Shown piece by piece: positions 41,823 through 54,049 of a stretch of 64,000 nt of DNA. The position numbers and the translations under genes were made by a program. This DNA comes from an uncultured Spirochaetota bacterium. Its GTDB lineage: Bacteria; Spirochaetota; Spirochaetia; SZUA-6; Fen-1364. The stretch lies in contig CAVTHO010000007.1 of assembly GCA_963734545.1 (NCBI GenBank), positions 962,010-1,026,009 of the forward strand, read 5' to 3'. Each line of letters begins with the position of its first letter. Position 1 is the first letter of the stretch. Under the pieces are notes generated by a model, which saw only the letters and a list, made by a program, of their open reading frames with translations, was not told where the DNA came from and searched no databases.

Positions 41823-43202
41823 TCATCCCATGGCCGCCACGCAGGCTGTCCCTGCTTCGGTCAGAACGCGCTCCAGTCCCAGCTCGTAGGCGAGATCGAA
41901 CCCGGTGTACCTCCTCCGCAGCAGACGCGCGCTGCGAAACGGGAGCAGCACGTACGCGGCATCGATTCCCAGCTCCGCGTGAGAGAATGGATAACCGATC
42001 CCTTCGAGGGTCGTGACGGCCGCGGCGAGCTCGTCCAGTGTGGAGCGCGCGAGACTGAGAATCTCTTTTCTTCCGGCGCTGAAGGCACGGAGCCGCTGCG
42101 CCAAGGTGTCTCGATCGAAAGGCCTGCCCGCCATTTCCTCCCTGACCTTTGCGATGAAGGGCTGAAGTCCTTCCTCCAGCGATTCCTGCCAGGGAGGCTC
42201 GCGCGCGTAGACACTGAGCCGCGCCTCGGCATCGGGCTCGAAACCATCCAGCCGGGCATACAGGGCGCGATAGCCGTGGAGCACGATCCTGCTCGCGGCC
42301 CCCACGAGTATTCCATGGAGATCCAGGCGCTCATTGCGCACCGCATCCGCGGTCTCCCACAGATGCGCCATCGTGTGCTCGACCGAGGCCGCGGACCTCG
42401 AGGATCCCATTGCCTGCATGGCGAATCCGGAGCAGAGAGCCGCATCGGTGAGCGTGCGGACCGCTTCCCCTGGATCGTCACGGAGTTTCCGCGCGGCGGT
42501 CAGCGCGCTGCGCGCGGATTCCAGCGCCGTCTGGGAGACCACGGGACAGTAGTGCTCGCCGGTCATGATGCGGGAGAGGTTCCAGTCGAGAAACGCCAGA
42601 TACTTTGCCAGCAGGTCGCCCAGGCCGGCGAGAAACATCTCCCGAGGGGCCCGCGCAATGACGTCCAGGTCGCAGATGATGGTCCGCGAGACCCGGGCAG
42701 GCACCGCGTTGTGGAAGCCGTTGACTTCGATGGCCGCGGTGGCGGAGCTGTAGGCGTCCACCGACGCCGCGGTTGCCACGCACCAGTTCGGAATATCGAC
42801 GGCGAGCGAGACCCGCTTCACGAGATCGCTTATCACTCCGCTTCCCACGGCCACGAGGAGATCGGGCGACAGGCGTTTCACCTCTTCCGTGAGGTCCGCC
42901 ACGAGCCCGTCCGTCGGCTCGGGCTTTGGCTTCCCGGGGAGTACGCGCGCGGAGATTCGCGCGGCGCGGAGACCGGATTTCCACTTCTCGCCCGCCGCCG
43001 ACTCGGTGTTCTCGTCGCTCAGCACCCACAGCCGTGCGCTGCCGCCGAGCTCCTTCGCGAGCATGGCGGCGGAGTCCTTGAGGGCTCCGGGCGCCGCGAG
43101 CACCGCGCGGGTGCCGATATGGTGGGTCTGGCCGCAGCCGCAGGCAAGGTTGCCCGCCCCGTCGAACCGGGCGATGAACTCCTGGAAGTAGTAATTTTCC
43201 AC
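41823..43202 (-). CDS. sn-glycerol-1-phosphate dehydrogenase-like (AraM/EgsA) enzyme
   Basis: N-terminal CGCGQTH, GSGVISD, TAASVDAY, GLGDLLAK, EH...H, LHG. Confidence 0.75.
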   Translation of the reverse strand: MENYYFQEFIARFDGAGNLACGCGQTHHIGTRAVLAAPGALKDSAAMLAKELGGSARLWVLSDENTESAAGEKWKSGLRAARISARVLPGKPKPEPTDGLVADLTEEVKRLSPDLLVAVGSGVISDLVKRVSLAVDIPNWCVATAASVDAYSSATAAIEVNGFHNAVPARVSRTIICDLDVIARAPREMFLAGLGDLLAKYLAFLDWNLSRIMTGEHYCPVVSQTALESARSALTAARKLRDDPGEAVRTLTDAALCSGFAMQAMGSSRSAASVEHTMAHLWETADAVRNERLDLHGILVGAASRIVLHGYRALYARLDGFEPDAEARLSVYAREPPWQESLEEGLQPFIAKVREEMAGRPFDRDTLAQRLRAFSAGRKEILSLARSTLDELAAAVTTLEGIGYPFSHAELGIDAAYVLLPFRSARLLRRRYTGFDLAYELGLERVLTEAGTACVAAMG

Positions 43203-43246
43203 GCGGCAACTATATCGAAAGGTCAGCCTGAGGTACACTCACCGGC

Positions 43247-43990
43247 ATGGGCTTCCCCACTCTGCTCGTCCTGGATTTCGACGGCGTGATCTGCGACTCC
43301 ATCGACGAGTGCTTCGCCGTTTCCTGGGCCGCGTACCATGCGCTGTTCAGGAAGGACGCCGCCGCTGCCACGCCCGAGGCACGCCGGGATTTCGCGCGCC
43401 TGCGTCCTTTCATACGATCCGGCGAGGACTTCCTCATCATCCAGGAGGCCCTCGCCGCCGGCTCCCCGGTGAGGGACCAGGCGGAGTTCGACGAGCTGTC
43501 CCGTCGGGCAGGGGCTGAAAAGCGGGCGGTCTTCCGGGAGCTTTTCTATCAGGAGCGGTCGGAAATGCTCGCGCGGGACAGGGATTCCTGGCTCGCGATG
43601 AACAGGGTCTACCCCCACATGAAGAGGGCGTTTCACGTGCTGGGGCGCGAGGCGCCGGTCTTCGTCCTGTCGACCAAGAAGCCGCAATTCATCGCCGAGA
43701 TCCTCGCCGCCAACAACATCGAGATGCCGCCGGAGCTGATTCTTTTCAGCGATGGAGAGCCGAAGCTCGCCGCAACGGAAAGGCTGCGCGCGGAGGGCGG
43801 ATACCAGGGCGCAATCCTGGTGGAGGATCAGATCGATCACCTGCGCGGCAACGAGAACCCGCGCGTCCGCGCGCTGCTCGCCGCCTGGGGCTACGTGCAG
43901 GAGGAGTGGCTCAAGGCGCCGCTTGCCGCCCCGATCATCACCGCTGAAGGCTTCCTGGCTTTGGTGGAGAAGGAGTTCTCCTCGGGCTGA
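43247..43990 (+). CDS. HAD-family hydrolase
   Basis: LDFDGVICDS, STK, VEDQ, WGY. Confidence 0.85.
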   Translation: MGFPTLLVLDFDGVICDSIDECFAVSWAAYHALFRKDAAAATPEARRDFARLRPFIRSGEDFLIIQEALAAGSPVRDQAEFDELSRRAGAEKRAVFRELFYQERSEMLARDRDSWLAMNRVYPHMKRAFHVLGREAPVFVLSTKKPQFIAEILAANNIEMPPELILFSDGEPKLAATERLRAEGGYQGAILVEDQIDHLRGNENPRVRALLAAWGYVQEEWLKAPLAAPIITAEGFLALVEKEFSSG

Positions 43991-45154
43991 TCACGGCGCG
44001 AAGCGGCACACCTTTCCAGACAAAGGATCTCTGCGCGAGCGTCCGCACGGTGATGAAGCTGTAGAAGAACCCGAAGAAGAAGAGGTAGGGCAGAAAACGA
44101 AGGAAATAGCGCCCCTTCCGTTTGCCCTCATAGAATCCTCCGGCAAAAGCCAGAAGACCAATGCTCAGAAACGAGTTCAGGGAAAGGACGGGCACGCGCC
44201 AGTCCAGGAATCCCAGGGGAAGCACCAGGAGGCTTCCGACCAGGTAGATGAGCACCACGAAGATGTAGGACGCGCGTGTCACCAGGTCTGATGAGAAAAG
44301 GGCGCCGGCATTCCAGCGGATGTGCTGATTGAAGTACTCCCTCCAGCTCGTCTTGGGGATCGTGGTTGCGGCGCTCCGGATCGACGTGCAGGTCTTCACT
44401 TCCCACCCGTTGCGGCGGCACAAGGCGTCGAGGAGCATGGCGTCCTCGGTGACGGAGTAGCCGAGGGCCCGAAACCCTCCCGCCTGTTTCACGGCCGCTG
44501 CCCGGACGCCCATGTTGTTGCCGAAGCATCCGGTCGGGATGCCGATCCCCACTGAACCGAAGTTGTACTGGTTGAGCAGCGGCTGCTCGAACGCCTGGAA
44601 GCGGCCCAGGAAAGAGGCTCCCTCGGCCAGCTCGATTCTCCCCAGGACCACCCCGACCCGGTCATCCAGGAAATGGAGCAGCATTTCTTCCGCCCAGGCC
44701 GGCGGCAGACGGCAATCCCCGTCGGTGAAGAGGAGCACGTCTCCCCTCGCCTCGGCGAACGCAAGATCGAGCGCGGCCTGTTTGCCGGTCAGGGCCACCG
44801 GCTCGGCGCGATTGTGGATGACCCGCGCGCGGGGGCCCACGACGGCGCAGAAATCGTCCAGGAGACGCGCCGTTCCATCGGTGGACCTGTCGTCCACGAA
44901 CAGGAAGAGGCAGTCCTCGAGCGTCTGCGCGCGCAGCGAGTCCAGGAGCCGCGGGAGCGTGCCTCCTCGTCCCGCACGGCTACGATCACCTCGGCGCGGG
45001 GACGGACAAGCGTCCCGCTGCCAGCGGGCGACGCCGCTGCCTGTGCACGCGCCGTTCACGGCGGAAATCGATGAGCAGCCCGGCCGAAAGGGCGAGGTGA
45101 AAGACGAGTATGATGGCGCTGAGAACGGCAAACACCAGCAGGAAGGCGTGCCAT
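43938..45154 (-). CDS. GT2 glycosyltransferase (left copy, frameshifted)
   Basis: VDDRSTDGT, GK, FTDGD, TED, QHIRW. Confidence 0.82.
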
Positions 45155-45223
45155 GCGACGGCCAGCCTAATGGAATCTCATCCTTTTCACAAGCGCGGGG
45201 AAAGGATACTATGCGCTCGCATC

Positions 45224-46109
45224 ATGCAGATACTTGGGAAAAAGTGGGAAAAGGGCGCGGTGCTCCTGGCCGACGGGGCGTGGGGAACGGAGTTCTTCAA
45301 GCGCGGGCTGATGCAGGGCTCGCCTCCGGACGAGTGGAACCTCGACCATCCCGAGATCGTGCGCGAGATCACCCGGGAGTACCTCGAGGCGGGCGCGGAC
45401 ATCGTGCTCACGAACACCTTCGGGGCCAACCGCTTCCGCCTGGAGCCGCACGGCCTCTCCGACGCGGGTGCGGAGATCAACACCGCGGCGGCGGCCCTCG
45501 CGCGGGAGGTCGTCGGAGGCGCGGCGCTCGTGGCCGGGGACATCGGCCCCAGCGCCCGGTTCCTCGCCCTGGGGGAAGTGACCGCGGAGGAGCTGTACGA
45601 CGTGTTCGCGGAGCAGGCGGACGCGCTGGCAGCGCCGGCGTGGACTGGATCGTGGTGGAGTCCATGACCGACGTGGAGGAAATGGCCGTCGCCGTGCGCG
45701 CGGCGGTGGAGACGACCGGCCTTCCCGTCGTGGCCAGCATGACCTACAACAGCACGTCGAAGGGCTACCGCACCATGATGGGCAACACGCCGGAGGACTG
45801 TGTGAAAGGCCACGGAGGCCGGTGCCTCGCTCATCGGCGCCAACTGCGGTTCCGGCATCGAGGACTATGTGCCGCTTGCTCCCCTCCTGCGCGGGCTGAC
45901 CTCGCTCCCTCTCTGGGTCAAGGCGAACGCGGGCATCCCGCAGATCGTCGGCGGGCAAGGTCGCCTACCCGCTCACCGCCGAGCAGTATGCCTCGTACGC
46001 GCCGGCGCTCCTCGAGGCGGGGGTGGACGTGATCGGCGGGTGCTGCGGCACGGACCCCTGTTTCATCCGCGCGCTTGCCGCGAAAATCGCCGCCGCGCGG
46101 CGGAAGTAG
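45224..46109 (+). CDS. Homocysteine S-methyltransferase family (left copy, frameshifted)
   Basis: DGAWGT, TNTFGAN, GANCG, GGCCG. Confidence 0.82.
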
Positions 46110-46111
46110 GC

Positions 46112-46880
46112 ATGGGCGCAGCGCTGCTCATCCTCTGCGCGGCCCTGATCTTCGTCCGCGGGGAGACTGGTTCTGCGCTGGTGGCGGCATTCAGGCCGGA
46201 CGCCGTCATGGAGTGGATCAGCAGCTTCCAGCCGGTGATCTCGAGAAAGCTTTTCTTTCTCATGCACCTCTTTTGCGGACTGCGCACCGAGTTCGAGACC
46301 TTCAAAGGGACCCTGCCCCGCGTCGTCCTGATCGTCTCCAATCACCAGAGCCTGGCGGACATCCCGGCGCATGGCGGCGGCGTTTCCCCGCCACGCCCTG
46401 CGGTACGTGGCCAAGAAGTCCTTGGCCGCGGAATCCCGTACGCTTCCACGTCTCTGCGGTGGGGACTGCACGCGCTGATTTCCCGGACCGGCGACTACCG
46501 GGCGGGCAACAAGGAGCTGCGAAGGTTCGCGGACCTCTCGCGGCAGGGAATCTGTCCCGTCGTGTTTCCCGAAGGCACCCGCTCCCGGACGGGACGGGTG
46601 AACGAGTTTTTCACCGGCGCGGTGCGGATCATCCTGGAGCAGCGCCCATCCCCGTGCTCTCCGTGGCCGTGGATGGCGGGTACCGCCTGTCCACGCTGCC
46701 CCGCAGCTCCTCGCACCTGAGAGGGACGCACTACAGGGTCAAGCCCCTCACGCCTCTACCCCGCACCGAACGGAAAGAGGGAGATCAGCGAGCTGCTGGT
46801 GAGGATACACGCGGAAATTGAGGCCCAGGTCAGGGCGTGGCGGGAGGCGAGAAGGCCGGGACGCCGCGACCGGCAGGTAG
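46112..46880 (+). CDS. PlsC-like acyltransferase (left copy, frameshifted)
   Basis: NHQSLAD, FPEGTRS. Confidence 0.82.
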
Positions 46881-46896
46881 CGCCGGCCGATCGGGC

Positions 46897-46938
46897 AAAA
46901 AAAACCCATCCGGCGGCGGGATGCCCGAGCGGATGGGT
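46897..46938 (-). terminator. Intrinsic terminator after the Zn-ribbon gene (mirrored at ~60066-60106)
   Basis: CCCATCCG...CGGATGGG hairpin followed by T8. Confidence 0.7.
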
Positions 46939-46953
46939 GATATCGCGGCCGGT

Positions 46954-47130
46954 TCAGGCCTTGAAGTCGCTGGGCTTGCGCTCCTGGCGATGGCACTTCT
47001 CGCACTCGGCCGTGTTGCGCAGCTTGCCCTTGGTGAACACGAGCTTCATCTTGACCTCGCCGCCGCAGGTGCAGAAGAACTTCTGCGTGACGATTCCCAC
47101 CCTCGCGTTCTTGCTCAAAACCTCAGCCAT
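46954..47130 (-). CDS. 58-aa zinc-ribbon protein (left copy)
   Basis: AAAGGAGG RBS; CTCGG...CEKC. Confidence 0.8.
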   Translation of the reverse strand: MAEVLSKNARVGIVTQKFFCTCGGEVKMKLVFTKGKLRNTAECEKCHRQERKPSDFKA

Positions 47131-47377
47131 GTCTTCCACCTCCTTTCGTGAGTGAATTCGCGAGCCTCTGCAAATTTCCTTGGATAGGAATAGAGAAGCC
47201 TGAAAATTTACGTAAATTGGAGAAAAAGTCAAGCCCCCGCGGCGCGGATGCCACTGGCGGCGCGATCCGTGCCCTCTTGAGAGGCGTCCGCTTTCACGGC
47301 ATCATGGCTGACCCTTTGCAGTGCCACGGCTGCCGGCGCCCGGCCACGGTACCCCGTGGCATTCTGATTCCCGGCTC

Positions 47378-48082
47378 ATGGCCGCGATGAAGACCTACCG
47401 TGGGTTTCTATTCGATGCGGACAATACGCTCTTCGACTACGACCGGGCAGAGACGGAGGCCCTGGATGAGACCCTCGCGCACGCGGCCCCCTCGGTGCCG
47501 CGCGGACAGCGCCGGGACGCCTACCGGGCGATCAATGCAGGCTATTGGAAACGCTTCGAGCAGGGAGCGCTCACCCTCGCCGCTCTCAAGGTCGGGGCGA
47601 TTCGCCGACCTCTTGAGCGAGCTGGGCGTTGAAGGCGATCCTTCGGAGCTTTCCGATGAATACCTCACCCGCCTGTCGCGGAAGGCATACTTCCTCCCCC
47701 ACGCGCGCCGAGTGGTGCGTGCGCTCTCCCGGCGCGCCGCGCTCTGCCTGGTCACCAACGGGATTTCAGTGGTACAGCGCGGGAGGCTCGCGCGTCTCGG
47801 GGATGGCGCGGCTGCTTCTCCGCCGTCCTGATCTCAGAGGAGCTGGGGATCGCGAAGCCGGACGCGCGGTTCTTCCAGGCAGCCTGCGAGGCGCTGCGGC
47901 TGCCGCCGTCGGACCTGCTCTGCGTCGGCGACACGCCGGCGGCGGATGTCATGGGCGCGCGGGCCGCCGGCATCGACGCCTGCTGGTACGCGCCTTCGGG
48001 GGCGTCCTGGCCGGGACCCGCCGAGGCGCCGGACTACATCATCCGCTCTCTGAAAGAAATCCTGAAATTCGCTCCCCGGTGA
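47378..48082 (+). CDS. YjjG-like HAD nucleotidase (left copy, frameshifted)
   Basis: FDADNTLFD, VTNG, KPD, VGD...D. Confidence 0.8.
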
Positions 48083-48108
48083 AAATGCCGCTGATGCGGT
48101 GGCCGGGA

Positions 48109-48188
48109 GAATGTCACGGAATACCCGGTCACGGTACTCCGTGACATTTGTGACCGGGTAGAATGTCACGGAGTACCGTGACCGGGGT
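48109..48188. repeat. Cluster of family B palindromes (others at 47343-47360, 58729-58895, 59624-59675)
   Basis: GAATGTCACGGAGTACCGTGACCG and inverted copies. Confidence 0.8.
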
Positions 48189-48283
48189 GTGTCCAAAGCT
48201 CGACGCGATTTGCTATATCTGGGATCATACGGACAGACATGAATGCTCGCAACCGCGATTCGCCTGAGAGAAAGGAGAATGCC

Positions 48284-49239
48284 TTGATACAGGTCGAGAA
48301 CGTCACGAAGAAATACGGCCAGCGCGTCGCCGTCGACCGCCTGAACTTCACCGTCAACCGGGGCGAGATCCTCGGCTTCCTCGGTCCCAACGGCGCGGGC
48401 AAGTCCACGACGATGAACATCATCACCGGGTATCTCTCGGCCACGGAGGGCTCGGTCAAGCTGGACGGGCACGACATCCTGGAGGAGCCGCAGGCGGTGA
48501 AGAAGCAGATCGGCTACATGCCCGAGCTGCCGCCGCTCTACCTGGACATGACCGTCCGGGACTACCTGTCCTTCGTCTGCGACATCAAGGGCGTGCCGCG
48601 AATCGCGCCGCAGGGAAAACATGGACCGGTCCATGGAGATGCTGAAGATCACCGACGTCGCGCGGCCGGCTCATCAAGAACCTCTCCAAGGGCTACAAGC
48701 AGCGCGTCGGCATCGCGCAGGCCCTCATCGGCACCCCGCCGGTGCTGATCCTCGACGAGCCGACCATCGGCCTGGATCCCCAGCAGATCATCGAGACGCG
48801 GAACCTCATCCGGGACCTGGGCAAGGAGCACACGATCATCCTCAGCTCGCACATCCTCCCCGAGGTGCAGGCGGTCTGCAGCCGGGTCCTCATCATCAAC
48901 AGGGGCAGGATCGTCGCCAGCGACACCCCGGAGAACCTGTCCCGCGGCATGTCCGGGGACAACCGGCTGTCGCCTCCGGGTGGCGGGGCCCGAGAAGGAG
49001 GCGCTCGCCGTCGCGCGCGGCGTCGCGCACGTGGTCAAGGCCGAGAGCCGTCGGGCAGCCGGGAGCCCGGCACCGTGGACGTCGTGGTGGAGGCGCACGC
49101 GCGACCAGGACGTGCGACGGGACGTCTTCACCGCGTTCGCCCGGGCCAACCTGCCCATCCTGCATGATGAAATCCATGGACCTCACCCTGGAGGAGATCT
49201 TCCTCAACCTCGATCACCGAAGAAAAGGAGGTATCCTGA
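48284..49239 (+). CDS. ABC-2 ATPase, GldA-like (left copy, frameshifted)
   Basis: GPNGAGKST, LSKGYKQR, LDEP, SSHIL. Confidence 0.85.
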
Positions 49240-49240
49240 C

Positions 49241-50115
49241 ATGCTCGCGGTACTTCGTCGGGAGCTCAAGGCGTACTTCGCATCGCCCATCGGATTCATC
49301 TTCGTGGGCTTCTTCATCCTCATCGCGGGCGTGTTCTTTGCCCTCTCCAACCTGCTGTCGGGAAACCCCGACTACACGGGAATGCTCAGCAGCCTCACGT
49401 TCATCTTCCTCTTCCTGGTCCCCATCCTCACCATGCGATTGATCTCCGAGGAGATGCGGCAGAAGACGGACCAGCTCCTGATCACGAGCCCCCTGAGCAT
49501 CACGGGGATCGTCATGGGCAAGTACCTCGCCGCGGTGGGCGTGTTCCTCATCACGCTCCTCATCACGGTGCTGTACCCGGTCATCATGAGCTTCTTCGCC
49601 ATCGGCGGGCTGGCCGGGTGGGAGATCCTCGGCGGCTACATCGGGTTCTTCCTGCTGGGCTCCTCCTTCATCGCGGTGGGGCTGTTCTTCTCGTCCCTCA
49701 CGGACAACCAGCTCATGGCCGCCGTGATCACCTTCGCCGCGCTGCTGCTGATCTGGATCCTGGACTATCATCGCGCAGAACGTTCCGACGGACGCCGAAC
49801 ATCGGGACTCGTCTTCCTGGCCATCCTCGCGGCGGGGCTCGTGCTGCTGGTCTTCTTCAGCACCCGGAACACGCTGGCCACGATCGTCACCATCGTCGCT
49901 CGCGGCGGCCGCCCTGGTGCTCCTGTTCGTGTTTTCGAGGACGTTCTTCGAGGGGATTGATCGCGAAGGTCCTCACCTGGTTCTCACTGCTGAAGCGCTA
50001 CAACGACTTCAGCATGGGAATCCTGAGCCTGAGCCCCATCGTGTACTACATCTCGTTCTCCGGCGCGTTCGTCTTCCTCACGATCCGCATGATCGAAAAA
50101 CGGCGCTGGGTGTAA
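49241..50115 (+). CDS. ABC-2 permease, GldF-like (left copy, frameshifted)
   Basis: RELKAYF, TMRLISEE, GKYLA, SSLTDNQ. Confidence 0.82.
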
Positions 50116-50128
50116 GGGAGAAACGACC

Positions 50129-51584
50129 GTGAAAAAGATCTCACTCTTCGATTCCTTGAAAAGCCGAAAGTTCCGATTCGGCGGATATGCCACTCTCCTG
50201 ATCGTGGCCGTGCTGGCCGCGATCGTCGTGGTCAACGTCCTCGTGGGCCAGATTCCCGGGAAAGCTGGACCTGACGCAGAACAAGCTGTTCTCGCTTTCC
50301 GACCAGACGTACAAGCTGCTGGACGGGCTCGCCGCGGACGTGACGATCACGACCGTCAGCAAGGAAGAGAACCAGGATCCCACCATCAAGGAGATCCTCG
50401 CGAAGTACGCGGCCCGCAGCAGGCATATCGCGCTGAAGACGGTCGACCCCGAGCGGAACCCCGGCTGGGCGCGCCAGTACGACCCGAACAGCCAGGGCCT
50501 CGCGCCCGGGTCCCTGGTGGTGGCCTCCGGCAAGAAGTTCAAGACCATCGGTGTCTACGACATGTACAACTATGACACCTCGAATCCCAACAGGCAGCCG
50601 CAGCTCACGTCCCTCTCCGTCGAACAGCGCGTGACCTCCGCCGTTCAGTTCGTGACCGCAGCGAAGAACGTCACCCTCTACGTGCTGCAGGACCATGGCG
50701 AGCAGTCCCTTGATTCGCTCGGTCTGTCCACCGTCGTGGGCAACGAAAACTACGCGGTGAAAGAGCCTCTCCCTCCTCACGGAAAAGGCAGTACCGGCAG
50801 ACACCGACATCCTGCTGGTTCTGGCTCCCAAAACCGATCTCACCGGCCAGGACGCGGACAAGATTCGCGCCTTCCTGGACCAGGGAGGCAGGGCGGTCAT
50901 CCTCGTGGACCTGCTTTCCCGTGACAAGGCGCTGCCCAATCTCGCAGGGCTGCTGCAGACCTACGGGGTCGAGGTGCAGAAGCGCTGTGGTCGTGGAGGG
51001 GGACCCGAACAAGATCGCGGCGCAGAATCCGCTGTACGTGATTCCCAGCCTCGAATACCACGATATCCTGGCCCCGCTGCGGACGAACAATTACGCACAT
51101 TGTCATACCGGGTCCCCAGGCGATTCAGACACTGGAGCTGAAGAAGAGGAGCCTCAAGGTCGAGGCCCTGCTCACCTCGTCCGAGCAGCTCCTGGGGGAA
51201 GACGAGCATCACCAACGCAAAGACCGTCTCCGAAGGAGAGCGGCGACCTGTCGGGGCCCTTCACCCTGGCGGTGGCGATCACCGACCCGGCACCGCGACC
51301 CGTCGAAAAAGGACACGAAGCTCATCGTGGTCGGGAACATCCAGTTCCTTTCGCGGACTCTCACGGCACAGGTCCCCGGCAACGGTGACTTCTTCATGAA
51401 CAGCCTCGACTGGCTCAGGGGGCAGAAGCAGAGCATTTCGATCCGGCCCAAGGATCTGCTCCAGATGCGCCTCTCCCTCACGAATCTCCAGGCGCTCCTG
51501 TTTTCCGGCCTCGTGGTGATCGTGATGCCCCTGCTCGTTCTCGGCACGGGCTTCTTCGTGTGGATGAGGAGGCGGCATCTATGA
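50129..51584 (+). CDS. GldG-like ABC auxiliary component (left copy, frameshifted)
   Basis: DLTQNKLFSLS, QDHGE, NGDFFMNSLDWL, C-terminal TM + RRR. Confidence 0.8.
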
Positions 51585-53007
51585 GCAGGCGCGGATGGAC
51601 GCTGCTCGCCGTGCTCGTCGTTCTTGGCGGGCTGATCGGCGGCACCCTCTGGCTGACCCGGCCCAGGCCGGCACCTGCCGCGGCGAATACCCGGCCCCAG
51701 CTCCTCAAGGGTGACAAGGAGAAACTGGTGAAGGTCGCAGCTCACGGGACGCGCGCAGGGGGACTCTGACCCTCCTCAAGAAGGGCTCCTCATGGACGCT
51801 CGTGCCGCCCGGACCGCCGGGCTCGTGTTCGACACGGGCAATCTCGAACGGCTCCTCACCGGAATCTCGGAGCTCTTCGCGGAGCGGGTCATCGACGAAA
51901 GCCCGACCGATCTGGCCCAATACGGCCTGAAACCTCCCAAGGCAGCCGCAACCGGCACCTTCGGCGACGGAACCTCGCAGACGGTGTTCCTCGGGGACAA
52001 GGCCCCCGGGAGCGGCACGTACTACCTGCAGGTAAAGGGCGATCCGCGTGTCTACACCGTGCAGATGTACGATGCGGAGCATTTCAACTGGACGGCGAAC
52101 GACCTTCGCTCGAAGACGATCACCCCTGCCCTGAACTACGACGAGATCAGCTACCTCAGGCTGGTGGAGCGCGATGGGACGGTCATAGAAGCGAAAGAAA
52201 AGACCACGGAAGAATCCAAGAGCTATCAGCTTGGATTCGGCAAGTACATTCTTACCCGCCCCTATCCCTTCCGCGCGAGGCATCGACACGGAGAAGCAGG
52301 ACCCGCTCCTGAAGGCGCCCCAGGCGATTACCATCGAGTCCATTTGCCGCGGATGCGCCCGGTGGATCTGGCCCGGTACGGGCTTGCGCGGCCGTGGGGG
52401 GAAGCGCTGGTCCGGGACAAGGCCAATGCCATCACCTTCCTCTTCGGCGCGAAAAAGAACGACACGGAAACGTACTTCATGATCAAGGGCCAGCCGACCG
52501 TGTACATCGTCACCACGTCAAGCCTCGCATTCATGGACACGAAGCCGTTCGACGTCGTGGACAAGTTCATCTTCATCCCCAACATCGACGACGTGGACAG
52601 GATCGACATCACGGTGGCCGGAACAAGACGCACGTCCTCGCCATCAGCCGCACGACGCAGAAAGCGGAAAAGGCGGGCGAGGAGGACAAGGTGGTGCCGT
52701 CGTATTCGATGGATGGCAAGCCGGCGGTGGAGGAGATACTTCAAGAAGTTCTACCAGTCTGTCATCGGATTACAGGCGGATGGCGAGGTGCGGCGACAGG
52801 TCTCCGACGTGCCCGGACGTGACGGTGAAATTCACGATGAACAAGGGACCGTCGAAAACCGTGACCCTGGACTACGCCCCCTATGACCGCGATTTCTACG
52901 CGATCTTCATGGACGGAAAGAGCGTGTTCGCCCTGACCCGGGGACAGATGGACGCCATGCGCGCGAAGCTCGATCTTCTCCTGAAGGGAGAGCCTGTCAG
53001 CGGCTGA
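51581..53007 (+). CDS. DUF4340-domain protein (left copy, frameshifted)
   Basis: N-terminal TM, DLAQYGL and DLARYGL repeats, position after GldG. Confidence 0.72.
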
Positions 53008-53536
53008 CGCTCCTCAATGCATTTTCAGCCTGGCAGCTCCCGATCCCGCCGCGGAGATAGTTGAAGCGCACGTCGGGATGATCGGCCAGCAGTGACATCG
53101 GAACCGAGGAGTCGGGGACCCTCTTCGAGATCATGAGCGCGGTCAGGCGGATGCCGAACGGGTTGTCATGCCAGCCGGGGTGCCAGATGGACACCGTGTC
53201 GCTCTTCCACGTCTCCACGGGACCAACGGTCAAAGCCTGGGAAGGCACGGCGGAGACCACGCCGCCCCCCGACGTGCGCGCATTCTGGATAATCGTCATG
53301 GGATGCAGGTCCACGACACGCGCGGAGAGCTTCCGGTATTCGGCCGGGGCGGGAGGGGCATCCTGGAAGCGCCCCTCGCGGCGCACCGGGTCATTGAACG
53401 CCCAGTGCTTCACTTCTCCCTGGCCTCCCTGCATGATCAGGCACCGCGCGGCGTCATAGGAAGCCGTGTAGTCCGCCACGTTGTCGGCCCTCAGAAAATG
53501 GATATTCTCCTCGGGCATGCGCAGCTTCCCGTCAAT
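52997..53536 (-). CDS. C-terminal part of a NagB/glucosamine-6-P deaminase-like protein, truncated by the fold-back
   Basis: [35 protein letters not shown]. Confidence 0.65.
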   Translation of the reverse strand: MDGKLRMPEENIHFLRADNVADYTASYDAARCLIMQGGQGEVKHWAFNDPVRREGRFQDAPPAPAEYRKLSARVVDLHPMTIIQNARTSGGGVVSAVPSQALTVGPVETWKSDTVSIWHPGWHDNPFGIRLTALMISKRVPDSSVPMSLLADHPDVRFNYLRGGIGSCQAENALRSVSR

Positions 53537-53559
53537 GATGGAGGCACGTATACAACGCG

Positions 53560-54049
53560 ATTGACGGGAAGCTGCGCATGCCCGAGGAGTGTCCGTTTCT
53601 GAGGGCCGACAACATAGCGGCTTGCGCCGGCTTCCTATGACGCCGCGCGGTGCCTGATCGTGCAGGGAGCTGGGCGTTGAATGACCCCGGTGCGCCGCGA
53701 GGACCTTCCAGGATGCCCCTCCCGCCAATACCGGAAGCTCTCCGCGCGTGTCGTGGACCTGCCGTCCCATGACGATTATCCAGAATGCGCGCGTCGTTAG
53801 GTCGCTCCACCATGCCTTCCCAGGCTTTGACCGTTGGTCCCGTGGAGACGTGGAAGAGCGACACGGTGTCCATCTGGCACCCCGGCTGGCATGACAACCC
53901 GTTCGGCATCCGCCCTGACCGCGCTCCGAAGAGGTCCCCGACTCCTCGGTTCGATTGCTGGCCGATCATCCCGACGTGCGCTTCAATTATCTCCGCGGCG
54001 GGATCGGGAGCTGCCAGGCTGAAATGCATTGAGGAGCGTCAGCCGCTGA
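53560..54049 (+). pseudogene. Degraded mirror copy of the NagB-like fragment
   Basis: Reverse complement of 52997-53536 with many deletions. Confidence 0.7.

Noticed and set aside
52997-53770. Novel 257-aa protein spanning the symmetry centre
   Set aside because: Its N-terminus is read from the opposite arm; it is a junction chimera
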